From Phycisphaerae bacterium (lineage in GTDB: Bacteria > Planctomycetota > Phycisphaerae > UBA1845 > Fen-1342): DNA of 64,000 nt. The notes beneath the pieces are model-generated. The model saw only the letters and a program-made list of their open reading frames with translations. It had not been told where the DNA came from and searched no databases. The DNA is taken from assembly GCA_963675745.2 (NCBI GenBank), contig CAXXWX010000026.1, positions 96,001-160,000 of the forward strand. The letters are read 5' to 3'. How positions within the stretch are numbered: the stretch's first letter is position 1; each line of letters starts with the position of its first letter. This document shows, one piece after another, positions 11,038 to 20,144 of this stretch. The position numbers and the translations under genes were made by a program.

Positions 11038-12265
11038 CAAAACACCGTCCTTCGGCGAGACAGTGACACAGGGCGTCGTAAACATCCGCCAGACCCTCAC
11101 GAGTGCGGTCCGCACTTAACGCGCGCACAATGCGGCGTGACAACGTACCCTGCTCGAAGATCAGGCGCAGCGGGTGGCCAAACTGCTCCTTCCACTCCGC
11201 CGGCAACGCGCGCTCATAGAGATGCGCCCAGAGGTCGCCGACGCGACAGGGTACGGGCAGGGTGCAGCCTAGGGCGCGCAGGTAGCTGCCATGCGGAATC
11301 CGCGCCTCTTCTCCATGGCGAATCGTGTCGAGCAGGATCTCCTCCAGCGGTGCGACACGCCACGATTTCTGGTCGTCGAGCGAGGAAAAACGCTCCCGCA
11401 CCAAGGCCTGTAAGACGCTGACAACCATCGCGAGAATGGCAAGATCGGCGGCTGGACACTCCTGTATATCCAGCACCCGGATTTCGATCGCGCTGCGGTC
11501 GAAGCGGGCGATGGCGCCGCGCGCGTTGAGCCACTCGCGCTGCAGAATGCCATCCGGGTCGTGCGGCGCGATGTCCTTATACATGGGTTCGAGGATATAC
11601 CGCTGGTAGTCAGCGCTCGTGAATATCGGCTCCGGGATGATCTTCCCAGCCACCGACGGAATGCGGCGTGAGTTGCTGCGGTAGTGCTCCATGCGCCCGT
11701 CGGCCAGGTCCAGCACCCGCCCCGCCACCACCGGCGAACTGGCCGCCAGTGCCGGCAGAATCGGTAGCACCAGGCGGATCGCGGCGTGCAGCCGGCCAAA
11801 CTCCTCGTCATTGGCGAAGGGCAGGTTGAGGTGGGTGCTCTGGAGATTCGCCCAGCCGTGACCGCGGCAGTCAAAGATGCGGTTAAAGGCCTCGTAGACC
11901 GCGTTGTACTCGTGCGGCCAAAGACGCGTTTCAGTATCGGGGTTCATCCACGGGTGCATGGCCGTCGGCATGAGTTGTGCGCCCAGAGGCTCGAGGGCTG
12001 CGTTCACCCGGCGTACATGATGCTGGAATACTCGGTCGAGCCCATCCAACCGGGCGGCCGGACCGTTGGTCTTGAACTCGATCACGTGCAAGACTAGTTC
12101 GTTGGACCAGCTCAACTCTCCCATCTCGATCTCTGACTCGTGCGCACCGCAAACGGCGTGCAGCAACTGATCACAGACAGGCAGGACGCTGAGGTCGTCG
12201 CGCGCGACGATCATGTATTCGAGTTCGACTCCGAAACACTGAAAGAGACTGTACGGCGCGCTCAT
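10970..12265 (-). CDS. Glutamate-cysteine ligase family 2 (GCS2) carboxylate-amine ligase
   Basis: FGVELEYMIV, NELVLHVIEFKT, PTAMHPW, QSTHLNL, LAASSP, NARGAIARFDRSAIEIRVLD. Confidence 0.88.
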   Translation of the reverse strand: MSAPYSLFQCFGVELEYMIVARDDLSVLPVCDQLLHAVCGAHESEIEMGELSWSNELVLHVIEFKTNGPAARLDGLDRVFQHHVRRVNAALEPLGAQLMPTAMHPWMNPDTETRLWPHEYNAVYEAFNRIFDCRGHGWANLQSTHLNLPFANDEEFGRLHAAIRLVLPILPALAASSPVVAGRVLDLADGRMEHYRSNSRRIPSVAGKIIPEPIFTSADYQRYILEPMYKDIAPHDPDGILQREWLNARGAIARFDRSAIEIRVLDIQECPAADLAILAMVVSVLQALVRERFSSLDDQKSWRVAPLEEILLDTIRHGEEARIPHGSYLRALGCTLPVPCRVGDLWAHLYERALPAEWKEQFGHPLRLIFEQGTLSRRIVRALSADRTREGLADVYDALCHCLAEGRCFDAQAHAPAAHMRARRQSRAQAT

Positions 12266-13740
12266 GCGTTGTTGTTTCCGTTGGTGGCCTTCGACTGCAC
12301 AATCCGTTGCAGGAAGACCTGCATCACGCTGCGATACAGGTCTTTCTTCAACACCGTATCTTCATAGCCATGATCGATGTTGGGGTTGTCGTTAATCTCG
12401 ATCACGTACACACGCCGGCCAACCTGCTTCAGATCGACGCCATAAAGACCGTTGCCGATGAGGCGTGCCGCGCGGAGTGCGGCTGTCATCACGTTCCGCG
12501 GCACATCAGCGAAAGGAACGGCGACGACGCGTCCGTCCTTCGTATGGCCGCTCTCATCCGTCTGTGCGATCTGCCAGTGAGCACGGACCATGTAGTATCG
12601 ACAGGCGTACAGCGCCTGGCCGTCAAGCACGCCGATGCGCCAGTCGAATTCGGTCGGCAGGAACTCCTGGGCGATGACGAGCTCGGAGACCTCCAGGAGC
12701 TGGTCCAGCGAAGCCTGAAACGCCTCGGCGGTCTCACACTTGCGCACGCCCTGTGAGAACGCGCTGTCAGGCTGCTTCAGGACGCACGGCAGGCCAAGCC
12801 GGTCGACGACGGCGTCGCGGTTGTCCCGATGCGCGATCATGGTTTTCGGTTGCGGCACGCGGTATCGTTCGAGCAGTTCGGCCAGAAAGACCTTGTTGGT
12901 ACACTTCAGGATCGACTCCGGGTCATCGATGACGATCAGTCGCTCGGCCGCGGCGCGACGCGCGAAGCGATACGTGTGGTGGTTAACCGCCGTCGTCTCG
13001 CGGATGAAGAGCGCGTCGAATTCGGCCAGCCGGGCATAGTCGTCTTTCTGAATGAACTCCACGTTGAGCTGGCACTGGCGAGCGGCATCTCCGAAGCGGT
13101 CCAGGGCCTTCTGATTGGACGGGGGGAAACGCTCGTGTTCGTCTTGCAGGATGGCCAGGCTGTAGGTGGTGTCACGGCGCGCATAGGAACGCTCACGCTT
13201 CTGCCCGAAGTACGCCTGGGCGGCCTCGGCCACGAACTCGCGATGCGGCTCGGGGATCTCGCTCGCGGCGATGGCCCGGATGCCCTGAAGACGCCAGCCG
13301 TCCTTCTCACGCTCAAAGTCGGCCCGCAGGAACGGCGCCCGAAAGAGCCGAAAGAGCTGGCTGCTCAGCCGGTCGTAGCGCTTGGCCAGGTTCTTGCCGA
13401 AGTAGATGCTCATGGTGAAGTTCGGCGACTGAACGGGCTTCAGACTGTGCTGGAGCAGTTCTTCCAGCTCCTCTGACACGATACGTTTGATCGTCAGCGA
13501 CTTCATGTCCTGGATGGTCGTGATGCTCGGAAGTGGCCGGTGTCCCCGCGCCGTTGCCAGGAGCGATACGTAGTAACCCGCGGCCTGGTATCGGTACGAG
13601 CGACACAGGTTGAACACACGCACGCCGCGACGACTCGCGAACCCCGGATCGGTCAGGTACGCGCGGGCTGCGATGACTTCGGCGCTGGGGATTTTCAGTG
13701 GCCAGGTGTTTGGATTGTCAACCACAATCAGTGGCTGCAT
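12262..13740 (-). CDS. RimK-like ATP-grasp ligase with N-terminal RLAN domain
   Basis: NLCRSYRYQAAGYYVSLLA.ARGH (RLAN-type); DALFIRETT, CTNK, LKQPDSAFSQGV, QEFLPTEFDWRIGV, YGVDLK, IEINDNPN. Confidence 0.9.
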   Translation of the reverse strand: MQPLIVVDNPNTWPLKIPSAEVIAARAYLTDPGFASRRGVRVFNLCRSYRYQAAGYYVSLLATARGHRPLPSITTIQDMKSLTIKRIVSEELEELLQHSLKPVQSPNFTMSIYFGKNLAKRYDRLSSQLFRLFRAPFLRADFEREKDGWRLQGIRAIAASEIPEPHREFVAEAAQAYFGQKRERSYARRDTTYSLAILQDEHERFPPSNQKALDRFGDAARQCQLNVEFIQKDDYARLAEFDALFIRETTAVNHHTYRFARRAAAERLIVIDDPESILKCTNKVFLAELLERYRVPQPKTMIAHRDNRDAVVDRLGLPCVLKQPDSAFSQGVRKCETAEAFQASLDQLLEVSELVIAQEFLPTEFDWRIGVLDGQALYACRYYMVRAHWQIAQTDESGHTKDGRVVAVPFADVPRNVMTAALRAARLIGNGLYGVDLKQVGRRVYVIEINDNPNIDHGYEDTVLKKDLYRSVMQVFLQRIVQSKATNGNNNA

Positions 13741-14521
13741 GTCGTGTCCTCTTCTGCTTCGCGTGTGGCTCGATGATCAGCATATTGGCGTCGTAGGTCA
13801 GGACGCCCAGCAGGATCGCGCACAACACGCGTTCGATCGTGATCGAGTACATCGTGCCAAGGCCGAGCGGATTCGGGTGCAACGGGTCCGCTACCCGCAC
13901 CGTCCGCCGGTCTTTGTCGTAACCGCACAGCACCACGAAGTGCCCGGCGGGTAGGCCGCGTATGTCGTCTGTATCATCCTCGGGCCCGAACTCGCGCGCG
14001 GCCCGGTACAGGTAAGTGGAGCTCAGGCCGGTCAGCACCGGCGCTCCAGCCACCAGATGCTTGCGAATGAGGCGGGTCGTCAAGTCTTCGAAGCGGATGA
14101 CACCGCCGCGCTTGAGGTATTCGAGGTAGGCGCCGGTTGCGATCCGCAACTTCTGATCCTGCTTCGCGGCGGCTTGCGCGACGAGCTTGGCTTGCAGGTC
14201 GACGCCCGGCTGCGCAAACCAGGTTGGATCAAAGAACTGCACATTGTACGTGTAGATCGTGGCACGATAGCCGCGCTGCAAAGCGTGGTTTGCCAGCATG
14301 ACTGCGAGTGTTCCGCCGTTCTCGAGTTGCGTCACCTCGCAAATGACGGTCTGAAGGTCGGCTGGATCACCCAGGTAGCGGTAGACGGCGTGCAGGCACG
14401 TCGGTCCGCAGGCCGTATCGTCCGGTTGCGGGAGGATCTCGAGTTCGAGCGCCCCGGGCGTCGTCCCAGAATTTGTGGCGGGGTCGCCGCCGTCACTAAA
14501 AGCGTCAGGCGGTGTGTGCAT
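13718..14521 (-). CDS. Papain-fold peptidase C39-like protein (stand-alone, no ABC domain)
   Basis: QPDDTACGPTCL (Gln, catalytic Cys); GHFVVLCGYD (His); VADP (Asp). Confidence 0.82.
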   Translation of the reverse strand: MHTPPDAFSDGGDPATNSGTTPGALELEILPQPDDTACGPTCLHAVYRYLGDPADLQTVICEVTQLENGGTLAVMLANHALQRGYRATIYTYNVQFFDPTWFAQPGVDLQAKLVAQAAAKQDQKLRIATGAYLEYLKRGGVIRFEDLTTRLIRKHLVAGAPVLTGLSSTYLYRAAREFGPEDDTDDIRGLPAGHFVVLCGYDKDRRTVRVADPLHPNPLGLGTMYSITIERVLCAILLGVLTYDANMLIIEPHAKQKRTRHAATDCG

Positions 14522-14711
14522 CTGCCGTCACGCCGATGTCCTTGAGCCAGGCCAACAGTCCTCGAACACCGCCGGTCGCGAAGGAGATCGAGGTGTCGAC
14601 CGCTCCCTGGTAATCAAGCTGATGATATCGCCATCGTCTGTAATAGAGTAGCCACACGGAAAAACCGCGCGTCAAAATCGCCAGTGCGGTCGTAATCCGC
14701 CTTGGGGTCAT
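14505..14711 (-). CDS. Possible small protein at the head of the C39/ATP-grasp operon
   Basis: 68-aa ATG ORF overlapping the start of the C39-like gene; hydrophobic N-terminus; no family recognised. Confidence 0.3.
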   Translation of the reverse strand: MTPRRITTALAILTRGFSVWLLYYRRWRYHQLDYQGAVDTSISFATGGVRGLLAWLKDIGVTADAHTA

Positions 14712-14987
14712 GATCCACTCGGGGGTGTAGGATGCAGCGGGCCGGGCGCTTCAGGTCAAACAGCGCCAGGGAAACGCCGGGGCCGCCGGACACGTGGGTC
14801 GTGCGACTTGCCGGACATGTCGTCTTCCGAGTACCGACGCTCAAAAGACCCTGGCGATCATAGTGGCCTGCGCCGGAGGGCTATACGCACCGTCACGGGC
14901 GGCGCAATATCCGTGGACACTGACACCGCCGTCTTCCTTCCATGCCAACCCGTGAGGGTTGTGGCACGCGGCCGGTTCACCAGGCTA

Positions 14988-15098
14988 TCAGCCGCCGGTC
15001 AGCAGTGCCACGAATGGATCGATGTCGCCGTTGTTGGCGTCACCGTCGCCGTTAATGTCGCCGGCGGCAACATCGCAGTCGGGATAGGCCAGGGCGTA
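14988..15098 (-). pseudogene. Orphan second half of a dockerin-like domain
   Basis: Translates YALAYPDCDVAAGDINGDGDANNGDIDPFVALLTGG*, in frame directly after the TAA of the upstream gene; matches the C-termini of 1934-5068 and 58036-60471. Confidence 0.8.
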
Positions 15099-16778
15099 TT
15101 ACGTACCGAAGAGTTCGTGGAATGCGGCGAAGTCGCCCAGATCCACGTCCCCATCGCCGGTCAGGTCGCTGTTGGTGAAGTGCGGCGGGTCGCAGCCGGG
15201 GTTGGGCTGGTCGGGGCCGGCCAGGCAGCCACTGAGCAGTTCGAAGTCGGCGAACCGCACGAGACAGTTCTCGTCGATGTCGCCCAAGGGCGCGGCGTTG
15301 CACAGCGTCACGCTCGCCGCGGCGGGGTCGATCTGCATGAAGTCGAACAGGTCGCCGCCCGGGTTGCACTGGGTGTGGGCGGCGGACAGTGTGCCCAGCG
15401 AGATCGTCACCGAGCCGGCCGCGCCGACCTGCACGTCCAGCGTTTCGATCAGCAGGTCCGTGCCCGGGGCCATGCCATCGCCGCCGTCGCATGGCGGGTC
15501 GGTGAATTCGAGTCGCCCGAGCACCTCGATCCACGAGCCCGCACTCAGATCCTGCGGCAGGTTGTTCTCGAACGGGTCCTGGCTCGTCTTCGAGATATAG
15601 CTCAGCCCGCCGGGGGCGTTGGGGTCGGCGGAACGCGCGACCAGCGTGGCCGTCGTCCCGCCCGCGGCGCTCAGCTCGACCGCCACGGTTGCCAACGGCG
15701 CGTCGAACGTCCCGCGCAGCTCCAGCGTCACGATATCGTTCGGATCGACGACGTGCACGCCCGGATTCACCAGCCCGAGCGTGAGCGTAGGCGTGGGGCA
15801 AGGTGCGCTCAGCGCCTCCCACACAAACCCGGCGGTCTCGACCGTATCCCAATAGCACGTCCCGACTACGTCGCCGAAGTTGTTGATGTCGCGCGCGATC
15901 CGCAGATCGGTCAGCGTGTCCGGCGGTAGGGCCGCGTTCAGCATCGAGCGTCCGCCGTTGACCCAGATGCACGCACCCCACTGATCGGAATATCCGACGA
16001 TCACGCCGTCATCGTTGAGCGCGTACGCCTCGCTCCATCCACGGGCGTACGGATCGAGGTCGATCATCACGCCGTCGTAGAGGAATGCGTGGCGCGTGCC
16101 GTCGGCGAGCGTCGCCCAGCCGACGATCTCGCCCAGCGCGTTGATGTCGTGGGCTTCGCTGCGGATACCGCCGAGCGTGCCGAGGTCGGTCATCACGCCC
16201 GTGTCCCAGAGAAACGCGTGGATCTCGCCGCCGGCCGTTTCGGCCGCCCCGACGACCTGCCCGGCCGCGTTGATGCCGTACGCCACGCTCCACGTGCCGC
16301 CCAGCGTGCCGAGATCGGTCCAGGTGCTGCTCTGCCAGAGGAACGCGTGCGTCTCACCGCCGGCGGTCTCGGATGCGCCGACGACCTGGTTGCTGTCGTT
16401 GATGTCGTAGGCCACGCTCCAGCTTCCGCCGAGCGTGCCGAGGTCGGTCAGCGTGGCGTCGTAGAGGAAGGCGTGCCGCTCGCCGCTTGCCGTCTCGGCC
16501 CAGCCGACGACGTCGGCGGTGGCGTTGATCGCGCGTGCTTCGCTGCGGTCGCCGCCGAGCGTGCCCAGATCGACATACGCCCCGCCGTTCCACAGCCGCG
16601 CAGTGCCGTCGTAGGCACCGACGACCTGTCCGGCGTCGTTGACGCCGTAGGCGCGGTCGAACGTGTGCTCGATGAGCGCATCGGGGCAGGTGCCGTCGCC
16701 CGCCCGCACTTCTGGGCCGTGGCCCAGCAGCATGACGGAAACCACCAGCATCATCGCGATCTCAGTTCGCGGTCGCAT
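15099..16778 (-). CDS. Secreted HAF-repeat protein with cohesin-like beta-sandwich and C-terminal dockerin-like domain
   Basis: Signal peptide; 4x HAFL[WY] and 4x DLGTLGG; C-terminal GDIDENC..DF...CLAGP...DLTGDGDVDLGDFAAF; GGAG before ATG 16778. Confidence 0.85.
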   Translation of the reverse strand: MRPRTEIAMMLVVSVMLLGHGPEVRAGDGTCPDALIEHTFDRAYGVNDAGQVVGAYDGTARLWNGGAYVDLGTLGGDRSEARAINATADVVGWAETASGERHAFLYDATLTDLGTLGGSWSVAYDINDSNQVVGASETAGGETHAFLWQSSTWTDLGTLGGTWSVAYGINAAGQVVGAAETAGGEIHAFLWDTGVMTDLGTLGGIRSEAHDINALGEIVGWATLADGTRHAFLYDGVMIDLDPYARGWSEAYALNDDGVIVGYSDQWGACIWVNGGRSMLNAALPPDTLTDLRIARDINNFGDVVGTCYWDTVETAGFVWEALSAPCPTPTLTLGLVNPGVHVVDPNDIVTLELRGTFDAPLATVAVELSAAGGTTATLVARSADPNAPGGLSYISKTSQDPFENNLPQDLSAGSWIEVLGRLEFTDPPCDGGDGMAPGTDLLIETLDVQVGAAGSVTISLGTLSAAHTQCNPGGDLFDFMQIDPAAASVTLCNAAPLGDIDENCLVRFADFELLSGCLAGPDQPNPGCDPPHFTNSDLTGDGDVDLGDFAAFHELFGT

Positions 16779-16798
16779 CGTCTCTTCTCCCATTGCAG

Positions 16799-18748
16799 CT
16801 AATGGCACCTCATGCAGAACCCCAGCGTCACGCGAATCGAGTGCGTGCCGTCCGGGCTTACGCGGCAATGGCCGATCTGGTAGGCCATACCGTATTCACT
16901 ACACTCAGTCGCTCCAGGCTGGCCGAAGAGTGAACACCAGGAATCTGCAAGGGAGTTGTTGATCCCGCCGCCACTCACAATCCCATTCAAGAAGCCCGCC
17001 TGAAACTCCGCCGGGTCGGTGCAATCGACCGGAATCCCCGGCGCCAGCTCGGTCATGTCGAAATACGTCACCGGAATAATCTGCACGTCCGGACCGACGA
17101 ACGGCGACGGATCGAGCGTCTGGTCGATCGTCGCGCCGCTGCCTGGAATCCAGAGCTCGCCCGTGGAGAGCAGCAGCGCGTACGTCAGACCAACGCCGCG
17201 GTGGCGCGGGACGAAGCCCGTCTCGCGGGCCAGGATGACATCGACCAGCGAGATCGCGCCGTCGCCGTCGAGGTCACACTCGGGGCACTCCTCCAGCGGG
17301 TTCTGCCACAGGTGCTCGCGGACGGTTGTCAGCTTCGTGTGCGGGTCGCATTCGATGATGGTCTGGCCCTGCACCTTGCCGCAGCGCGTGCCGCCCCATG
17401 TGGCGACCTTGTAGCTGTCGCCGCCGAAGTTGTAGCAGGTCAGGTTCCACTGGTTCATCTCGAAGTCGACCATCGTGTAGCCGTCGCCGCAGCATGCGGC
17501 GCAGTAGGCGTCGGCCGCGGTTTTCGCTTCGCTGAACGTCGGTGGGAACGGCGTATTCGGATCGCGGTTGGCGCAGTCGCAGTTCGAGCCGGCGAACTTG
17601 ACCAACCGCACCGTCGCCGGCGGGATCGGCCCCGCGTACGGCGGCGGGCCGAGCGTCAGGCCGTAGGGCAGTTGATAGCGGGCCTGATAGAAGTAGCCGT
17701 CATCCCAGATGAAGTTGCCGTAGTATTGCCCGAGCGTGCCGGTGATCCAGTTGAGCGGGTCGTTGGCGGGGCGCTGCGGATCGCGCGCCAGCGCGCCCAT
17801 GACGGGGACGAACCAGTGATGATCGCCCAGCAGGTCGTATTCGACATCCTGGGCGTAGGTCAGCGGGTCCATGGGCGGGTCGCAGCGCGAGCCGCGGTCA
17901 CTCCCCTCCCTGGCAGAGAGGGACTGGGGGAAGGTCGGGATGCTGTCTGCCCGATGACTCTTCGACTTCGCAGCGATCGCCCCCCCTGTGGTCCCCCCTG
18001 CCAGGGGGGACGGTCTTGGCGTCGGCATCCGAAACGCCGCGATCGGCAGCGTGATCTCCGGCTGGTGCGGCGACGTGGTCGTGAGCGTGACGCGGCCGGA
18101 CTGGCGTTCTTTGTCGCCGAGGCCGGCGGTCAGCTTGGCGACGATCTCGTAGCGCTTGCCGGCTTCCAACTCGTTGAGCTTGATCTGGAAGGCCGCGTTG
18201 TCGACCGCGGTCTTGGTGATGGTGACCGGCTCGGCGAGCAGGTTCGTAATCGTGATCTTCCGCTGCGTCGGCTGCGCCTTCTCCGTCCACGCGAAGATGA
18301 GGTTCCGGCTGGGCGTGATCTCAAAGTGTGGCTGGACACGTCCGGCCAGCGCAAACTCGATCCGCTGGGCGTGCGGCTCGGCGACCTCTACGACGACGGT
18401 CTTCCGCACATCGCCATGCAGCCGCTCGGTCTTCAAAGTCACGGGCAGCGACCACGTCCCGCCCGCGGGCACCTCCCGCTCCCAGTCGTCGGTGGTCGTG
18501 CAGCCGCAGTTGGCGCGGACGGATTCGATCGTCAGCGGGGCTGAACCAGGATTCGCCAACTCGAAGACGTGGTGGATGTCCTCCCCGGCGACTGCGTTGC
18601 CAAAGGCGTGCATCAGCTCCGGGACGGTAATGCAAGCTCGGCCCGACCACGTTTCTGACGACTGGGCGCCGCCGACCACGCCGACCGCCACAAACGCGGT
18701 TACGGCGAGTAGAGTTGCCACAGCACCTGCGATACGCAACCTGCTCAC
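16799..18748 (-). CDS. Secreted DUF1573 (Ig-like) protein fused to an unrecognised Cys-rich domain
   Basis: Signal peptide; HVFELANPGSAPLTIESVRANCGCT; second Ig-like unit; EF-hand-like CDLDGDGAISLVD; AAGGAGG before GTG. Confidence 0.75.
   Translation of the reverse strand: MSRLRIAGAVATLLAVTAFVAVGVVGGAQSSETWSGRACITVPELMHAFGNAVAGEDIHHVFELANPGSAPLTIESVRANCGCTTTDDWEREVPAGGTWSLPVTLKTERLHGDVRKTVVVEVAEPHAQRIEFALAGRVQPHFEITPSRNLIFAWTEKAQPTQRKITITNLLAEPVTITKTAVDNAAFQIKLNELEAGKRYEIVAKLTAGLGDKERQSGRVTLTTTSPHQPEITLPIAAFRMPTPRPSPLAGGTTGGAIAAKSKSHRADSIPTFPQSLSAREGSDRGSRCDPPMDPLTYAQDVEYDLLGDHHWFVPVMGALARDPQRPANDPLNWITGTLGQYYGNFIWDDGYFYQARYQLPYGLTLGPPPYAGPIPPATVRLVKFAGSNCDCANRDPNTPFPPTFSEAKTAADAYCAACCGDGYTMVDFEMNQWNLTCYNFGGDSYKVATWGGTRCGKVQGQTIIECDPHTKLTTVREHLWQNPLEECPECDLDGDGAISLVDVILARETGFVPRHRGVGLTYALLLSTGELWIPGSGATIDQTLDPSPFVGPDVQIIPVTYFDMTELAPGIPVDCTDPAEFQAGFLNGIVSGGGINNSLADSWCSLFGQPGATECSEYGMAYQIGHCRVSPDGTHSIRVTLGFCMRCH
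17901..18013. repeat. REP/REPIN-like inverted pair of GC-rich palindromes inside a CDS
   Basis: Perfect 9-bp stem GTCCCCCCT-GCC-AGGGGGGAC (17991-18011) and a related imperfect copy CCCTCCC-TGGCA-GAGAGGG in opposite orientation at ~17904-17922. Confidence 0.65.
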
Positions 18749-19230
18749 TCTCCACCTCCTTTATGGTGGTGTCAGACTGAATTGACATCGGTGGGAGCCT
18801 GTCCGGGAGATTCGGACCAGGCGCGAGGCGACGATTTGCGGAACGGCCAGGCGATTGCCGCCCCTCGAAGTGCGCTGGGTAGGCTCCGCATCCGTTTAAT
18901 GTACCCGTTCGCCACGCTCAACTGCAACATGAAACACGGGTCAGGTCGTGCGTTGGCGAGCTTGTGGCGTCATTGGGAGAATCTGCGTGCTCACGTCGCC
19001 AGCACAGCGGGTGGAGATCCTGCCTCGCTGACGGGTTGTCCCAGCGGAGCAGTCATCGCGCTCCAACCGGCGACGTGCCATTACGCAAAGTCGGCCGCCG
19101 GAGACACCTGGCTCCGGCGGCCGCGGGACGCTCAGCGTGGTTCGTTGTCGGGGCCTGCTCGGTGGCTTGCCACGTCGGCGGCGGTCCAGCCAATGTTGTG
19201 CGAATCTGCGCCGTCGGCAGCGAACGATCG

Positions 19231-20118
19231 CTACCAGCGGCGGCGGAGCATCGCCAATACCGCGATCATGAGCAATGACGCAGGCTCGGGCACCGGCGCA
19301 ATAGCGATGTCACCCGGCTCGACAGGCGGGTAACCGTAGGGGTCCCCATCGAAGTACTCGTTCGGACCGAAACTCGGACCCAGCACATAGCTCGAGCCGT
19401 CTGTCGTAAACGTATTGATCTGGCTGAAGTAATCGGGATAGATGCCCTGGCCGACGGCCGCATGATAGCCCATGTCATCGCGCGACCAGTCGATGGTCAT
19501 CCCCTGCGAATAGCCCGTGTCCTGCGTCAGCGAATACAGCTCCGTCATGGCCATTCCGCTGCTCTTGTAGATCTTGTCCACCAGGTTGTCGTGGATGTAA
19601 AAGGCGCCCGTCGAGTCGATCGCAAAGCCGATCGCGCGCGGTGGATCGGGCATGCCGGTGAAGTTGCCGATGTGCGTGGTCCCGCCGGTCATCAGGTCAA
19701 CGCTGTACAAGCGCATGTCCGCTCCCTGAGAGCGAATGCCGTACATCGTGCCGTCGACCGGGTTGAAAGCCAGGTCGTCGAGCGGTTGATAGCTGTTCCC
19801 GACCAGGGTTGCCTGCCCGGTGGTGGTGTCAACTGAATACAGACCGCTCGCGGCACCGCCGGTGCTCTTGTAGAGGGAGGCGTAGGCCCAGAGGCTACCG
19901 CCAGCGTCGAAGTCCATGCCGCCAAAGCCAGTGTCGGTCACGCCCATCGACCCGACAACCTCGAAGCTGGCGGGGTCGTCCGTATCGAACCTGACGAGCT
20001 CGTCCGGAGCGGAAAACGGGTACGGTCGCGGCAGTGCGTTCGGGGCGTAGGCCTCGACCGCGAGGGCACCGGTCGCCGTGCAAGCAGACACGAGTGCAAG
20101 GATAAGCAGTTTGCGCAT
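19231..20118 (-). CDS. PEP-CTERM sorting domain protein (beta-propeller-like)
   Basis: Signal peptide; DLAFNPVDGTMYG and LYSVD repeats; C-terminal VPEPASLLMIAVLAMLRRRW. Confidence 0.88.
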   Translation of the reverse strand: MRKLLILALVSACTATGALAVEAYAPNALPRPYPFSAPDELVRFDTDDPASFEVVGSMGVTDTGFGGMDFDAGGSLWAYASLYKSTGGAASGLYSVDTTTGQATLVGNSYQPLDDLAFNPVDGTMYGIRSQGADMRLYSVDLMTGGTTHIGNFTGMPDPPRAIGFAIDSTGAFYIHDNLVDKIYKSSGMAMTELYSLTQDTGYSQGMTIDWSRDDMGYHAAVGQGIYPDYFSQINTFTTDGSSYVLGPSFGPNEYFDGDPYGYPPVEPGDIAIAPVPEPASLLMIAVLAMLRRRW

Positions 20119-20144
20119 TGGATGTCTCCTCTCTGCATCTCGAC

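Noticed and set aside
14943..14966. Intrinsic terminator hairpin (AACCC-GTGA-GGGTT)
   Set aside because: Short stem and no U-tract on either strand
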